Below are positions 50,301 through 60,883 of a stretch of 64,000 bases of DNA, one piece after another. Source of the DNA: Candidatus Bathyarchaeia archaeon. GTDB lineage: Archaea; Thermoproteota; Bathyarchaeia; TCS64. Position 1 is the stretch's first letter. Each line of letters opens with the position of its first letter. The stretch spans positions 170,554 to 234,553 of the forward strand of contig JBEKDF010000001.1 in NCBI GenBank assembly GCA_050014495.1, read 5' to 3'. A model generated the notes under the pieces. The model did no database searches, had not been told where the DNA came from, and saw only the letters and a list, made by a program, of their open reading frames with translations. Both the position numbers and the translations under genes were made by a program.

Positions 50301-50717
50301 TTATTTCCTTGAGGTGATCGTGTACTTCACGCCCAAAGGCTTCAGCACGTCATCGATTTTCTGGATAAGAGAGTTCAACTCAGCGAGGGTTGGCTCCCTG
50401 AACCATTCAAAGAAGAAATCGTAGTCACCCAGACGTTGCCCGGACTTGCTCACTAAATTCTCACACCGCTCAGGTGAAATATCATTCTTCAGGGGTGTAA
50501 AATACTCCATGGCCTCGGATGAACCAGCTGTAGCTGACATCCCGGTACCTTGTTCGTTGTCTAGAGATAGGTAGGTCGCGATTAGAGGGTTCATTATGCA
50601 GACTTCCTTGAAGTCGATGGCCATCCTCTCTAGCGTCTTGATTGCTTCGTAGACAGGCGGTCCATAGATCTTTATGTAGCTTCTCAAGCTCTCCACTCGA
50701 TCTGAACTTGGAAGCAC
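50301..50717 (-). CDS. Hypothetical protein
   Basis: 138-aa ORF with natural composition, poly-T after the stop. Confidence 0.6.
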   Translation of the reverse strand: MLPSSDRVESLRSYIKIYGPPVYEAIKTLERMAIDFKEVCIMNPLIATYLSLDNEQGTGMSATAGSSEAMEYFTPLKNDISPERCENLVSKSGQRLGDYDFFFEWFREPTLAELNSLIQKIDDVLKPLGVKYTITSRK

Positions 50718-50875
50718 ATGTTATAAAGCCTAACTTTAGAGTCGCGTAACGTACTCGAAGAAGGAGTAGAGTTAAATGGCGGAATCTGAATAAAAGTGGG
50801 AACCGAGAATTGGTAATTATATAAATCTACGAAAACCGAGGAAAGACCCTATCGATTCAAGTAGAGTGATGATTA

Positions 50876-51649
50876 TTATAGTCGATGGTGTGCTCGTTTG
50901 GAACCGCTAGATTTTTTCCAACCTATCTTTATCTGCTTTATATTGGGAGTTCTCGGGATTAGCTCGACTCTGAAGTTTACAAGTCTCTCAAGTTGTCCAT
51001 CGAACTCTCCGATGAAGTTTGGCAGAGTTAGAACTGAGACGGAGGGGACCCGTCGATAGATCTCCATAGGGGTCGCTGATAGCGTCAGTACCATGGGGAC
51101 AAGGATGGCTCTTGTCCAGCTATCTATTCCTATTCGGCTAGTTAGTGTATCAACGAAACGTGAGAGGACCTCGGTCTTCTCGAGGTGTGTCTCGATTATA
51201 CCCCGGGTCGTCTGGTTGCCCATCCCCCTCCCCCAATGTTTGCATTCTGCGCACACGATGTAAGGGGTCCTCACAGCGAGGAGGTCTATTTCCCACCTCC
51301 TGCCCTCAGCTGTGAATCTGAATCGCCGAAGGACTCGGAAGAGGTTCTCCTCGAGAACCTTCGCAGATATCTCCTCGAACTCCAACCAGCCGAGGTTTCT
51401 GCTGATTGACTCAAAATCTGCACCAACCTCTACGGCCCTCATGGCGAGTTTAAGACGCTGGTTGAGGCTCAGACTAATGTGACCATCTTCAACTGTAATT
51501 AGCTCCGCCTCACATAGCCGGCTGAGCACACCATTTAACGCCTCTGTTGTGATCCTCATCGACCCCCGAAGCTTATCAACGTCGACTGATTCTTCGTTAG
51601 TCAACGCAAGTAGTCGAGTGAGCACCAATCGGAGAGGGGCGGCATCCAT
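50876..51649 (-). CDS. HTH plus PD-(D/E)XK nuclease-domain protein (Mrr/NERD-like)
   Basis: WLEFEE, EIDLLA, AECKHW. Confidence 0.72.
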   Translation of the reverse strand: MDAAPLRLVLTRLLALTNEESVDVDKLRGSMRITTEALNGVLSRLCEAELITVEDGHISLSLNQRLKLAMRAVEVGADFESISRNLGWLEFEEISAKVLEENLFRVLRRFRFTAEGRRWEIDLLAVRTPYIVCAECKHWGRGMGNQTTRGIIETHLEKTEVLSRFVDTLTSRIGIDSWTRAILVPMVLTLSATPMEIYRRVPSVSVLTLPNFIGEFDGQLERLVNFRVELIPRTPNIKQIKIGWKKSSGSKRAHHRL

Positions 51650-51747
51650 CTTCCTCAAAACGGGATGCGCAGGAGATGAGGGTTTCTCCAAAAGTATCCC
51701 GATTAATTCAAATGCGGACCCGTTGCTACATTTCCCTGGTGAGTTAA

Positions 51748-52530
51748 TTGGGTTTCTGGCCAAAGGGTTACAAGAGCTGCTTCTTCCTCAGCTTCGACTA
51801 TGACGCCTCGAGCGCTGAGACCTGGAAGACCCCCGACGACCTCTCGTCGCTAAGCAAGGGGAGGTACGCACCGCGCGTCGCTGTCCCCCGAATACTGGAC
51901 CTACTCGACAGACTTGAGATTAAGACAACGTTCTTCACGCCTGGGTGGACGTGCGACAACCACAGGGACTCACTCATCGATATAGTGAGCCGCGGCCATG
52001 AGGTTGCAGCGCACAGCTACGCCCATGAGCGGATGACAGAGCTATCCGCTGAGAAGGAGGCTGAGGTCTGGGAACGAAGCATTGCAGCACTAGAGCGCGT
52101 CGGCGTAAAACCACAAGGCTATAGGGCTCCGTACTGGATGTTTGGGGAGCGCAGCATCAACCACATGAAGCGATTAGGCTTCAAATATAGCAGCAACATG
52201 ATGGACGAGGACATACCATACCTACTGAAACATAATGGTGTGGATACTGGACTCGTGGAGCTACCAGTCGAATGGCTCCTGGACGACTGGCCCCATTTTG
52301 AGATGGATAGAATGGGTCCGGATGAGGTTTATAGGCTCTGGAAGCCTGAATGGGAGGGGCTTCACGAACTTGGACGATACTTTGGCCTAACATGCCACCC
52401 CGAGTGCATTGGGAGAGTGAGCCGACTCAAGATGTTAGAGAGGCTTGTCACCGAAGCGAAGAAAGGGAGCGACGTCTGGTTCCCGACGGGCAAGGAGCTC
52501 TCCGATTGGGCTAGCAAGAAGCTCAAGTAA
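51748..52530 (+). CDS. Polysaccharide deacetylase (CE4) family protein
   Basis: SFDYD, TFFTPG, HEVAAHSYAH, GYRAP, CHP..GR. Confidence 0.88.
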   Translation: MGFWPKGYKSCFFLSFDYDASSAETWKTPDDLSSLSKGRYAPRVAVPRILDLLDRLEIKTTFFTPGWTCDNHRDSLIDIVSRGHEVAAHSYAHERMTELSAEKEAEVWERSIAALERVGVKPQGYRAPYWMFGERSINHMKRLGFKYSSNMMDEDIPYLLKHNGVDTGLVELPVEWLLDDWPHFEMDRMGPDEVYRLWKPEWEGLHELGRYFGLTCHPECIGRVSRLKMLERLVTEAKKGSDVWFPTGKELSDWASKKLK

Positions 52531-52533
52531 GGC

Positions 52534-53487
52534 CTAGCTTAGGCTGAGCCAACCCCTCAAATAAAAGAATAAGCCGAGTAAAAACATAGTCAGGATACTT
52601 ATAATTATCTCGACCCAAGGGAACCACCCAGAGAGTGTCCCGGATATGTTTGAGCCGAATAGTGTATTGAATAGAGAGGGTACACCGATGATCACGGTAA
52701 GGGCTGCAATAAGCCTCATTGTCTTGTTTAGGTCTTGGCTCAGTGTATCCATATGCATTCCGATGAGGTCTTGCATCGTCTCGTGCGTAACCTCCGTTGT
52801 CTCCACCGCACCAGTGGAGCGTTCGAAGAGCCCGTCAAACAACCTCTTTTCTAGCTCGTTTATACCGAGTTCTGTGTGATTGTCCGTTAGCGCCTCAGCG
52901 AGTCTTTTAAGGTGACGGAGCTGGCGGAGAAGACTGCTAGCTTCACGCCTAATCACGAAGGCCTCCATGTATGCGCTCCGTGGCCATGGGGGTGTCTGAT
53001 CCTCCATCTTCTCGGCCTTGGCCTCGAAACTGTCGACGAAGTACTCGTAGGATTCCAAGACGTGGTCCAGGGTTAAGTAGATTACGCGGGCGGTGTTGGA
53101 TAGGGAAGTATAGCGTGGGGACTCGTAGGATTGGGCGATCTTATTGCTTAGTCCAACCCATGAACGACTCACACTCACTACGATCAGCCCGTTCGTGAAG
53201 GCTATAACAGGGGTCATGTCACTCGTAATGTCCTTTCCCAATCCCTTCGTATTGAGGTACCAAGCGAATACCTTAGTGTAATCGGGGTAGGAGTCGACGT
53301 GAGAATAGTTGCTGCTGAGCTTTCCTATTAGAGAGCTGCGGGGGACTTTGAGAGCGGCCGCTAGTTTCTCAAGGTCTTCAATACTTGGATCAGTAACGTC
53401 GAACCACATTTTCTTCTTATTATTGGCGACAAGCTCCTCCAAATTCGAATCTGAGAGTGTTCCGTCTTGCCAGACCCTGATCATCAT
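52534..53487 (-). CDS. CorA-family divalent cation transporter
   Basis: LNKTMR, two C-terminal TM helices, FGSN in place of the canonical GMN. Confidence 0.82.
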   Translation of the reverse strand: MMIRVWQDGTLSDSNLEELVANNKKKMWFDVTDPSIEDLEKLAAALKVPRSSLIGKLSSNYSHVDSYPDYTKVFAWYLNTKGLGKDITSDMTPVIAFTNGLIVVSVSRSWVGLSNKIAQSYESPRYTSLSNTARVIYLTLDHVLESYEYFVDSFEAKAEKMEDQTPPWPRSAYMEAFVIRREASSLLRQLRHLKRLAEALTDNHTELGINELEKRLFDGLFERSTGAVETTEVTHETMQDLIGMHMDTLSQDLNKTMRLIAALTVIIGVPSLFNTLFGSNISGTLSGWFPWVEIIISILTMFLLGLFFYLRGWLSLS

Positions 53488-53547
53488 GCGACTCAGGTTT
53501 GAGATGCTTTATCTTAGTGGATTAACTATTCGGGAAAAATGAGATTC

Positions 53548-53850
53548 TCAGGTGATCATGTCTCTTAGGGAACCTTTGTCCATATGTGGTGGTATGAACC
53601 CCATATTATCGAGGTTGCTTCTAGTTACCTCTAGGACCTCGTTGACTAGGGTATTCAGGGTCTGGTCGTCGAGTACCGATATCTGGTTTCTCCTTAGCTT
53701 GGGGTCCACGAAGCATTGTGAGAGGATGTCGACCATGACGTTTCTGATTTCCCTGCTCTCCGTGTTGGCTGAGCCTATCTTGACTAGTTCCCCAAATGTT
53801 AGGCCGCGCACATTATATCTGGATCCAGTCGTGTAGACGACCTTATTCAT
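53548..53850 (-). CDS. Hypothetical protein
   Basis: 100-aa ORF with TTTAAAG box upstream. Confidence 0.55.
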   Translation of the reverse strand: MNKVVYTTGSRYNVRGLTFGELVKIGSANTESREIRNVMVDILSQCFVDPKLRRNQISVLDDQTLNTLVNEVLEVTRSNLDNMGFIPPHMDKGSLRDMIT

Positions 53851-53960
53851 AGCTATCTTAAGTTTTTAGAAACTCAGATTTTTAACTTTAAAGGATCTTG
53901 GAGCAAGAATACTAAAAGGGATTAAGTGTGAAATTGGTCACTATGATGAATAGAAGGAGT

Positions 53961-55394
53961 TTAGGCGGAGCCCACTTTGTCCAGATACTGCTTCCGCCTG
54001 TATAGGACACTCATTACGTCAGCAGCTCTCTCGGGAGTCGTATAGACGGGGACCCTCGCCTTCTCAAGTATCTTAGCGGAGTCTGGCTCGACATCAGCAC
54101 TTGGCTCGATTACAACGACGGGTTTGGGGAACTTTTTGTACGTGGCGATGAGATTGTTGTCGATCATCTGAATGAGGCCAGATAATGTCTCAGCATCAAC
54201 ATCGGGGAACATCGCCTTTACCATTGCAGTGCCTAAGCCGATTGTGATTAAGCCGTCGATCTCTGGTTGTTTGAGAACGATCTCTGCTGCCTGGCCAAGC
54301 TTCCAGACGTCGAGGTTGGCTGTGAGGTCGACGGGGTTCTTAGGGTTACCGAAAGCTGGGATGACTCCTTTGAGCTCATCCTGAGCTGCGGCGTTGAGGG
54401 TGGGGACATTAAGGTTGTTCTCGACGAGTCTATCTGCCGTTTCGACAGCTACGCCACCTGAGTTGCTGACGATACCCATGTTAGGGCCATTGGGTAATGG
54501 GGAGTAGAGGAGGCCCTTGACGTAGTCAAACATCTCAGCGGCGTCCCCTGCACGGATTACGCCCGCCTGCTTGAAAGCTGCGTCGTAGACCTTGTCGCTA
54601 CCAGCAATGCTGCCAGTGTGACTCGCTGCAGCCTTGCTGCCCGCCTCGGTCACTCCGACCTTGATTACGACGATGGGCTTCTTCTTCGTGATCTGCTTGG
54701 CAGCCTCGTACCACTTGCGCCCCTCCTTGAGGCCCTCAATGTACATGCATATTACCTTGGTAGAGGGATCCTCGGCGAAGTGTGTGCAGTACTCCCATCC
54801 TTTAAGGTCGGTTTCGTTACCGCTGCTGACGAACTTACTTATGCCTACACCGAGGGCGTTGGCTCTTAGGAATAGTTGGAGACCGTAGCCCCCGCTCTGA
54901 CTGATGAAGGCGACTTCGCCTTCCTTGCTTACGAGAGGGACCATTAGGGCACTAAATTTGGATTCGCTGCTGCTGACGCCCATGCAGTTGGGACCTACAA
55001 AGCGGAACTTACCCGCTGCCTTCGTCTTAACGTCGGCAATGAGTTTAGCGCCCTCCTCGCCGGTTTCACCGAAGCCGCTGGTGATAACTACTGCTCCCTT
55101 TACCTTCTTCTCGACCATCTCGTCAAATACGCTGGGGACGACTCTGGCGGGGACGAGTATGATAGCGCAGTCTACTTCTTCAGGGACCTCATGTAGGTTT
55201 GGGTAGACCTTGTAGTTGAGAATGTTCCCGATCTCGGCTGCCTTGGGATTGACTGGGTAGACCTTCCCTTGGAAACCGCCAACCTTGACGGCGTTCACAA
55301 ACATGTAGCCCCACTTGCTGGTGTCGGCTGTGGCGCCGATGAGCGCTACGCTCTTGGGGTTGAAGATCGCGTCGAGTGATTCCTTCGTTTCCAT
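53961..55394 (-). CDS. acdA: ADP-forming acyl-CoA synthetase, alpha subunit
   Basis: FNPKSVALIGA, GPNCMG, SQSG, SHTGS, NPVD. Confidence 0.9.
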   Translation of the reverse strand: METKESLDAIFNPKSVALIGATADTSKWGYMFVNAVKVGGFQGKVYPVNPKAAEIGNILNYKVYPNLHEVPEEVDCAIILVPARVVPSVFDEMVEKKVKGAVVITSGFGETGEEGAKLIADVKTKAAGKFRFVGPNCMGVSSSESKFSALMVPLVSKEGEVAFISQSGGYGLQLFLRANALGVGISKFVSSGNETDLKGWEYCTHFAEDPSTKVICMYIEGLKEGRKWYEAAKQITKKKPIVVIKVGVTEAGSKAAASHTGSIAGSDKVYDAAFKQAGVIRAGDAAEMFDYVKGLLYSPLPNGPNMGIVSNSGGVAVETADRLVENNLNVPTLNAAAQDELKGVIPAFGNPKNPVDLTANLDVWKLGQAAEIVLKQPEIDGLITIGLGTAMVKAMFPDVDAETLSGLIQMIDNNLIATYKKFPKPVVVIEPSADVEPDSAKILEKARVPVYTTPERAADVMSVLYRRKQYLDKVGSA

Positions 55395-55677
55395 CACGAT
55401 CAACTCGGAATGATAGTTCAGGTAACACTGATGCCTTCTATATTTTAAAGTTGGGGAAGGCGGTGTAGCAGATTGTGACCTTCTTGAAGGCTAGATAGAG
55501 GGGTAGCTTCTCGGAGAGAAACATTGAGGTTTAAAATTCTTATATGATAGGTGAACGTGCGACATAGTTTTACATTCTATGTGAAGTTTTTCCGAGCCAC
55601 TTCCTAGCGCTCGCTTAGATCTTTGATAACTCCTATGAGTTTCAAAAACAATATGTAAAAAACTTAGTGTAAAAGAA

Positions 55678-56430
55678 TTATTGACCCTTAGCCTTCTTTA
55701 AGGCCTGTTCGGCACCGTAGGCCAGAAAACCATCGGCCTCTCCGACCGTGTTATAGATGAAGCCCTTCTCGATGGCCCACTTTATGTTATCCATGTTTGC
55801 GTAGAGTCCTGGGGCCTTACCATGCTCCTCGCAGACGTTCAAAACTGCCTCGAGTGCACCTAGGAAGCGTGGGTTATCCCACTGGGGTGGGACGCCAAAA
55901 CCCATGTTGTTACTCAAGTCATAAGGTCCGATGAACAATGCATCAATTCCATCCACAGCTGCGATCTCGTCGAGGTTATCTACAGCCTTCTGTGTCTCAA
56001 TCTGGACGCTAACAAGGATCTCATCGTTGGCAGTCTCTCTATACTCAGGGTCGAAGCGACTTGCTCTGCGGGGGCCAAACCCCCTTATACCCTCTGGGGG
56101 GTACCGGCAAGCTTGGACCGCCGCCTCCGCCTCCTCTCTGCTGTTAACCCAGGGAACGAGTACTCCATAGGCGCCTATATCGAGGACGCGTTTGATTATG
56201 ACGGGCTCATTCCACTGTGGACGAACTATGGGCGTGCATCCGCTCCCATTCATCGCCATCATCATGGTCTGCATGGTCTCAATGCCGAGGGGACCGTGTT
56301 CACCATCTATGAGAAGCCAGTCGAATCCGGCCCTGCTCAGTGTCTCAGTGACATCGGGGTGCCCTAGGCCGACGAAGACGCCGACGACCGGCTGCCCTTT
56401 CTGTATCTTAGCCTTAAGGGGATTTTTCAT
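55678..56430 (-). CDS. HpcH/HpaI class II aldolase
   Basis: GFDWLLIDGEHG, LDIGA.G, RYPPEG.RG, QIET, FIGPYDLS. Confidence 0.9.
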   Translation of the reverse strand: MKNPLKAKIQKGQPVVGVFVGLGHPDVTETLSRAGFDWLLIDGEHGPLGIETMQTMMMAMNGSGCTPIVRPQWNEPVIIKRVLDIGAYGVLVPWVNSREEAEAAVQACRYPPEGIRGFGPRRASRFDPEYRETANDEILVSVQIETQKAVDNLDEIAAVDGIDALFIGPYDLSNNMGFGVPPQWDNPRFLGALEAVLNVCEEHGKAPGLYANMDNIKWAIEKGFIYNTVGEADGFLAYGAEQALKKAKGQ

Positions 56431-56485
56431 CCTTACATCAGCCCTATGATTTGGGAAAGGTGACGATATAAAGAAGGTGGATAGT

Positions 56486-57283
56486 TTACCCGAGATGTTT
56501 TAGAAGCGCCTCGACTCGCCTCGGGTATTTCTTCCTAATCCTCGCCTTAGTTAGGTTCTCCCTGATTATGGGACGCCAAGCCTTCACAGGGTCATTGATC
56601 CATCTGTCTAACTCGTCTAAGTAGTCCTCATCTGCTTCAGCGGCTACTGAGATAGTGAAACCCAGGCTCTTCGCTAACATCTTTGTATCATCTTGAAGAT
56701 CCGCTACCTCTGCGATGATCCCCATGCCAACACCGTTGTACCGTTCGAGGGCGTCAAGCTGCGCTTGGTTTCTCCTGAGCTGAGTCGGGTGGGCTAGCGC
56801 CACTATAGAGTTCCTGACTACTATTGGGTTGTTTGAGATGCACCAATCTTCTATCAGCCCGAGGGTAAAATCTGCTCTATCCTCTAATAGTGCCTCTAAG
56901 GCGATGGTTACACCCTCCCTCGCCCGCCAGAGACGACTGAAATTCGCCTCATATAATATAGGGACGGCCCAATCATCCTCGCTCGGATTTCTTGAAAGAA
57001 CATACCCAATAGTGCTATAGGCCACGAACATCAGGTACTCATCTCCCGACTTTGACCAGCCAATAATAGTTTCCTTCAAAAACTCCCTCTTAGTCGCCCA
57101 GTAGCTCGCTATTAGCTTCGAGACCTCCGCCGCAAGGGTTAGGTTACCCCTAGGACCCGGCAGACCTGAGTTGGATTTGAGAAAATCAGTCAATGGCTTA
57201 GGGGAGTAATCGGATATGAGCCTATTCCATGACAAAACGAGCTCCTTCGCCGCTTCTTTTTCACTCATCTCAACCAGACTCAT
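56486..57283 (-). CDS. Helical-repeat hypothetical protein
   Basis: NSGLPGPRGNL, WRAREGV, IRENL.K.R pattern; HEAT-like. Confidence 0.65.
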   Translation of the reverse strand: MSLVEMSEKEAAKELVLSWNRLISDYSPKPLTDFLKSNSGLPGPRGNLTLAAEVSKLIASYWATKREFLKETIIGWSKSGDEYLMFVAYSTIGYVLSRNPSEDDWAVPILYEANFSRLWRAREGVTIALEALLEDRADFTLGLIEDWCISNNPIVVRNSIVALAHPTQLRRNQAQLDALERYNGVGMGIIAEVADLQDDTKMLAKSLGFTISVAAEADEDYLDELDRWINDPVKAWRPIIRENLTKARIRKKYPRRVEALLKHLG

Positions 57284-57344
57284 CGAAGAGCAATCTATTT
57301 AAAAAGAAACCCCCACCATTACAAGAAACAATAAGGTGATTTGG

Positions 57345-57731
57345 ATGTCAAAGTACCTTAGCTTAGAGTTTTGGAAGAATGTCCAGGAGATAGCCAACAC
57401 CGACCAGGAGTTCGGTATAAAGGCGAAGACGTTCGTGGCCAGTTTCACGTTCAAGGTCTCCGATATGGCAGATCTTAAGCCTATATACGCGAAGTTCACG
57501 GACGGCAAGATCACAGAAATTAGATATGTCAATGAAAATGAGAAGACCGACTTCAGCCTTGAGGGGACATACGACATCTGGAGCAAGGTCAATAAGGGTG
57601 AGCTTGATGGTAGCAACGCCATCATGCAGCGCCAGCTTCAGTTCAAGGGGAACATGAGCAACATCATTCGGTACAGCAAGAGCTTTCTCAGACTCTTCCA
57701 GCTCATGCAGAAAGTTCCTGTTGAATACTAA
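57345..57731 (+). CDS. SCP2 sterol/lipid-binding domain protein
   Basis: TDF...G.Y..W....GELD...AIM...L.FKGNM. Confidence 0.82.
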   Translation: MSKYLSLEFWKNVQEIANTDQEFGIKAKTFVASFTFKVSDMADLKPIYAKFTDGKITEIRYVNENEKTDFSLEGTYDIWSKVNKGELDGSNAIMQRQLQFKGNMSNIIRYSKSFLRLFQLMQKVPVEY

Positions 57732-58003
57732 AAACCACATTTTAAATCTGTAATTTATTCATACGCGCACGCAGATCGGATGATGCTGATCGTCTATATC
57801 ATATTCCAATTCAACCTAGTTACTTCGTTCGATATAATGAGACTCGTTGAACAGAGCAAATGTGATGACGAATACCATGGACGTCATAAACTGCAGTCAT
57901 TATCATCATTCAAACATTCTTTCCGGATTCCACATTTCCAGATTCCTTTAGCCAATCGCCAACTTTAACCGTATCAGAATCATCATTTGACAGGGAATCC
58001 ATT

Positions 58004-58447
58004 TTGTCAGACGATATCACCGCCAGTGTACTTGACGAGTACCTTCGCGACTCACGTCAATCAATAAGGGAGGTAGCGAGGAAGGTGGGAGTCTCTTCAG
58101 GGACGGTTGCATCTAGGCTCAGGGAGATGGAGGACGCAGGAGTAATACGCCGATACTCTGCCATCCTCGACTACGAAAAGCTTGGCTACGAACTCACCGC
58201 CATAACAGAGATCATTGTCTCAGACGGAAAGATGATCGAAGTAGGGGAGGCAATAGCCAAGCTTAGCCAGGCAACGGGTGTCTACAATGTTACCGGCGAC
58301 GCCGACATTATGATAGTTGGTAAGTTCCGGACTCGTAAGGAACTGAGCGACTTCACAAAGATGATACTAACCATTCCCCACGTACTGAGGACGAAGACCC
58401 ACCTCGTCCTCAACACTATGAAGGAGGATTTCAGCTCCATTCCATAG
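58004..58447 (+). CDS. Lrp/AsnC transcriptional regulator
   Basis: DSRQS.REVARKVGVS.GTV..R...GVI, LDYEKLG, VTGDAD. Confidence 0.92.
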   Translation: MSDDITASVLDEYLRDSRQSIREVARKVGVSSGTVASRLREMEDAGVIRRYSAILDYEKLGYELTAITEIIVSDGKMIEVGEAIAKLSQATGVYNVTGDADIMIVGKFRTRKELSDFTKMILTIPHVLRTKTHLVLNTMKEDFSSIP

Positions 58448-58633
58448 GAAAGGGGTGCACTTCGGTGAGCATTCACCACGAGCGCTTCGATGGTTTTACC
58501 CTTCCGCACACGCGTACTGTTTAGGCCGAATCTGGAGGACTGCTTCCTCAATATGTTAGAGGAGGATGGGGAGTTCATACTCGCACAGCAATTACTAATA
58601 TCTGCTGCAGCTAAAATTAGGCAGTGACTTATC

Positions 58634-59623
58634 TTGAAGCGCGTCGAGATGCTGTATCTATCGCAGGAGGACATTCTGGACATGGGGATCCCGCTCAGGG
58701 AGATCATTCCCCTCGTCGAGACTGGGCTTAGGGAGCACGGCCTGGGGCAGGTAGAGAACCCACCGAAGCCGGGCATACACGCTAAAAGTGATAGCTTCAT
58801 TCACGCAATGCCCGCGTACTACAGAAAGCTGGGTATTGGCGGGATAAAGTGGGTAAGCGGCTACCCGAGCAACAGGGAACTGGGGCTACCCCAGATACTA
58901 GGAGTCATGATCACAAACGACATGGAAACGGGAGTCCCGACATCGATAATGGACTGCAGGTGGATAACGGCGGTGAGGACGGCTGCGGTCTCTGCTATAA
59001 CAGCAAAGTTCTGTGCATCGAAGGGATCGACGACCCTTGGCGTCATTGGCTGTGGCGTCCAAGGCAGGATGACCCTCGGTGCTCTCAAGGAGATAGTCCC
59101 AACACTATCAAAGGTCAAAGCCTACGACATCAACCCCGAGGCATCTAAGAGGTACAAGGCGGACCTAGAGAAGGAGACTGGGATCGAAATCACCCCAGTG
59201 AAGAATGTCGAAGGGGCGGCGAATGGCTCAGACCTAATCCTCACAGCAACACAGCGCCTACCCAATCCGCTCGTGAAGAACGAGTGGTTCAAGCCTGGCG
59301 CTCTTGGGATGGGACTTGAAGCGAGCAGGGCATGGTACGGGGACGCCATACTGAAGGCGGATAAGTTCGTCACGGATAGCTGGGAGCAGACAGAGCACTT
59401 TCACGAGCAGGGCGCCTTCCCTGAGGGCATGCCAAAGCTCTACGCTGAGCTGGGGGAGATTGTGGCGGGGAAGAAGAAGGGGAGGGATAACCAGAAGGAG
59501 CGCATACTCGCAATAAACATTGGCCTTGCCCTCGAGGATGTCATCGTCGCAGATTATGTTTACAAGAAAGCGGAGAAAGCCGGGGACTACAAGAAGCTCA
59601 TATTAATGGAGCGCGATTTCTAA
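58634..59623 (+). CDS. Ornithine cyclodeaminase / mu-crystallin family protein
   Basis: AMPA, GIKWVS..P.N, ITAVRTAA, IGCGVQG, GLALED. Confidence 0.88.
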   Translation: MKRVEMLYLSQEDILDMGIPLREIIPLVETGLREHGLGQVENPPKPGIHAKSDSFIHAMPAYYRKLGIGGIKWVSGYPSNRELGLPQILGVMITNDMETGVPTSIMDCRWITAVRTAAVSAITAKFCASKGSTTLGVIGCGVQGRMTLGALKEIVPTLSKVKAYDINPEASKRYKADLEKETGIEITPVKNVEGAANGSDLILTATQRLPNPLVKNEWFKPGALGMGLEASRAWYGDAILKADKFVTDSWEQTEHFHEQGAFPEGMPKLYAELGEIVAGKKKGRDNQKERILAINIGLALEDVIVADYVYKKAEKAGDYKKLILMERDF

Positions 59624-59653
59624 TAGCGTGCCCCTAGCTCTATCCGAGCCTAG

Positions 59654-60712
59654 TTAGGGCTTGAGGTAGCCTTTTAGATACATTATCATGGGTTTGCCCA
59701 AAGCCTTTTCGACTGGCTCGTATATTTCTGGGTACCTGTTACCGTCCCCTACCTTGATCTTCTCTTTAGGGACGTTTACAAGGTAGACCTCGTCCCCCTT
59801 CTTGAGAGCAGCGCTTGTAACAGGGTTTCCCTCACCGTCAAACGTGGTCATGAGGTCAGGAAACGTCGCGAGGCGATTATCGCCGTTATCAAGGGTCATA
59901 AATTCGTTAACGTAGCCGAGTTCCCATGTCTCCTCTCCTTTGATTGTCATAACGCCAACGTCGAAGCCACCTCTTGCCTCTGTCGTCATCTCGACTATTC
60001 TCCCCGTCTCAATGAGCTCCCCGCCTAGGAACTTGGCTGCAGCCTTTACAGCTGCTTCCCCCTTCTTCGCATTGAGGAAGGTCTTGCCGAGGTCTATGGC
60101 CTGCTGGATGGCTCCGGGGGCACCGTGTTCCAAGCACCATTCGACGGGGATTGGATCCCTCGCCATGGCGATCAGAGCCTTGCAGTCCCCCGCCATGAAC
60201 CGGATCTGGTTGCTAGTTCGCTGGAGAGTGCCCCAGCAGACCATCTCGGCACCCTCCGTGGCGCCTGCTTTGACGGAGTGGTAGTCAACTCGGTGGATTC
60301 CCATGCTCCCCATCATAGCTGTGGGATGAGCACGGCCATCCCCAGGTATGTCTACAACAGGCAGACCCAGCGCTGCTGCGGGTATCCAGCCGCCAAAACT
60401 GTTCTGACCACCATTCTCAGCGGCTATAACCCCGTCGAACTCCACACCTGCCTCCCAGAGCATCTGCATGGTGCGTATGAAGTGGCGGGCCTTCGTCTCA
60501 CCTCTTTGTGTGGGGGCCCCGAGAGCCGCTACTGTGATAACCTTCCACTCTGGGGGAGTCTCTTTGGGGGACCAGAGCTCAACGCCGCCGAGCTCCATGG
60601 CTAGCATCCCAGCGGCGTGCCCTTCCGAAGGCCAACCACCACCTCCGCCACCGAGTATCGTCCCGCCGATCGTGAGAGCCTCAACATCATCGACCGTAAT
60701 CTTTCTAGGCAA
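59654..60712 (-). CDS. DUF917 family protein
   Basis: ILGGGGGG, ENGGQN, GDGRAHP, NE, TFPDL. Confidence 0.8.
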   Translation of the reverse strand: MPRKITVDDVEALTIGGTILGGGGGGWPSEGHAAGMLAMELGGVELWSPKETPPEWKVITVAALGAPTQRGETKARHFIRTMQMLWEAGVEFDGVIAAENGGQNSFGGWIPAAALGLPVVDIPGDGRAHPTAMMGSMGIHRVDYHSVKAGATEGAEMVCWGTLQRTSNQIRFMAGDCKALIAMARDPIPVEWCLEHGAPGAIQQAIDLGKTFLNAKKGEAAVKAAAKFLGGELIETGRIVEMTTEARGGFDVGVMTIKGEETWELGYVNEFMTLDNGDNRLATFPDLMTTFDGEGNPVTSAALKKGDEVYLVNVPKEKIKVGDGNRYPEIYEPVEKALGKPMIMYLKGYLKP

Positions 60713-60883
60713 ATTATCTATCAGAGTAGAAACCCCTGAATCCAAATATAACGATTCAATCGGGTGAACACCCTAAACTATACCTTGACGCATACTCTCT
60801 AAGCGATCCGAGGCTGATAGGATGACAGTTAAAAGAAGATACGTACGCGTCGCCATGTAATAAGAATGGGAAAAAAAGTGTTC

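Noticed and set aside
50876..51649. Nuclease as part of a defence system
   Set aside because: Solitary gene with no methyltransferase or partner genes nearby
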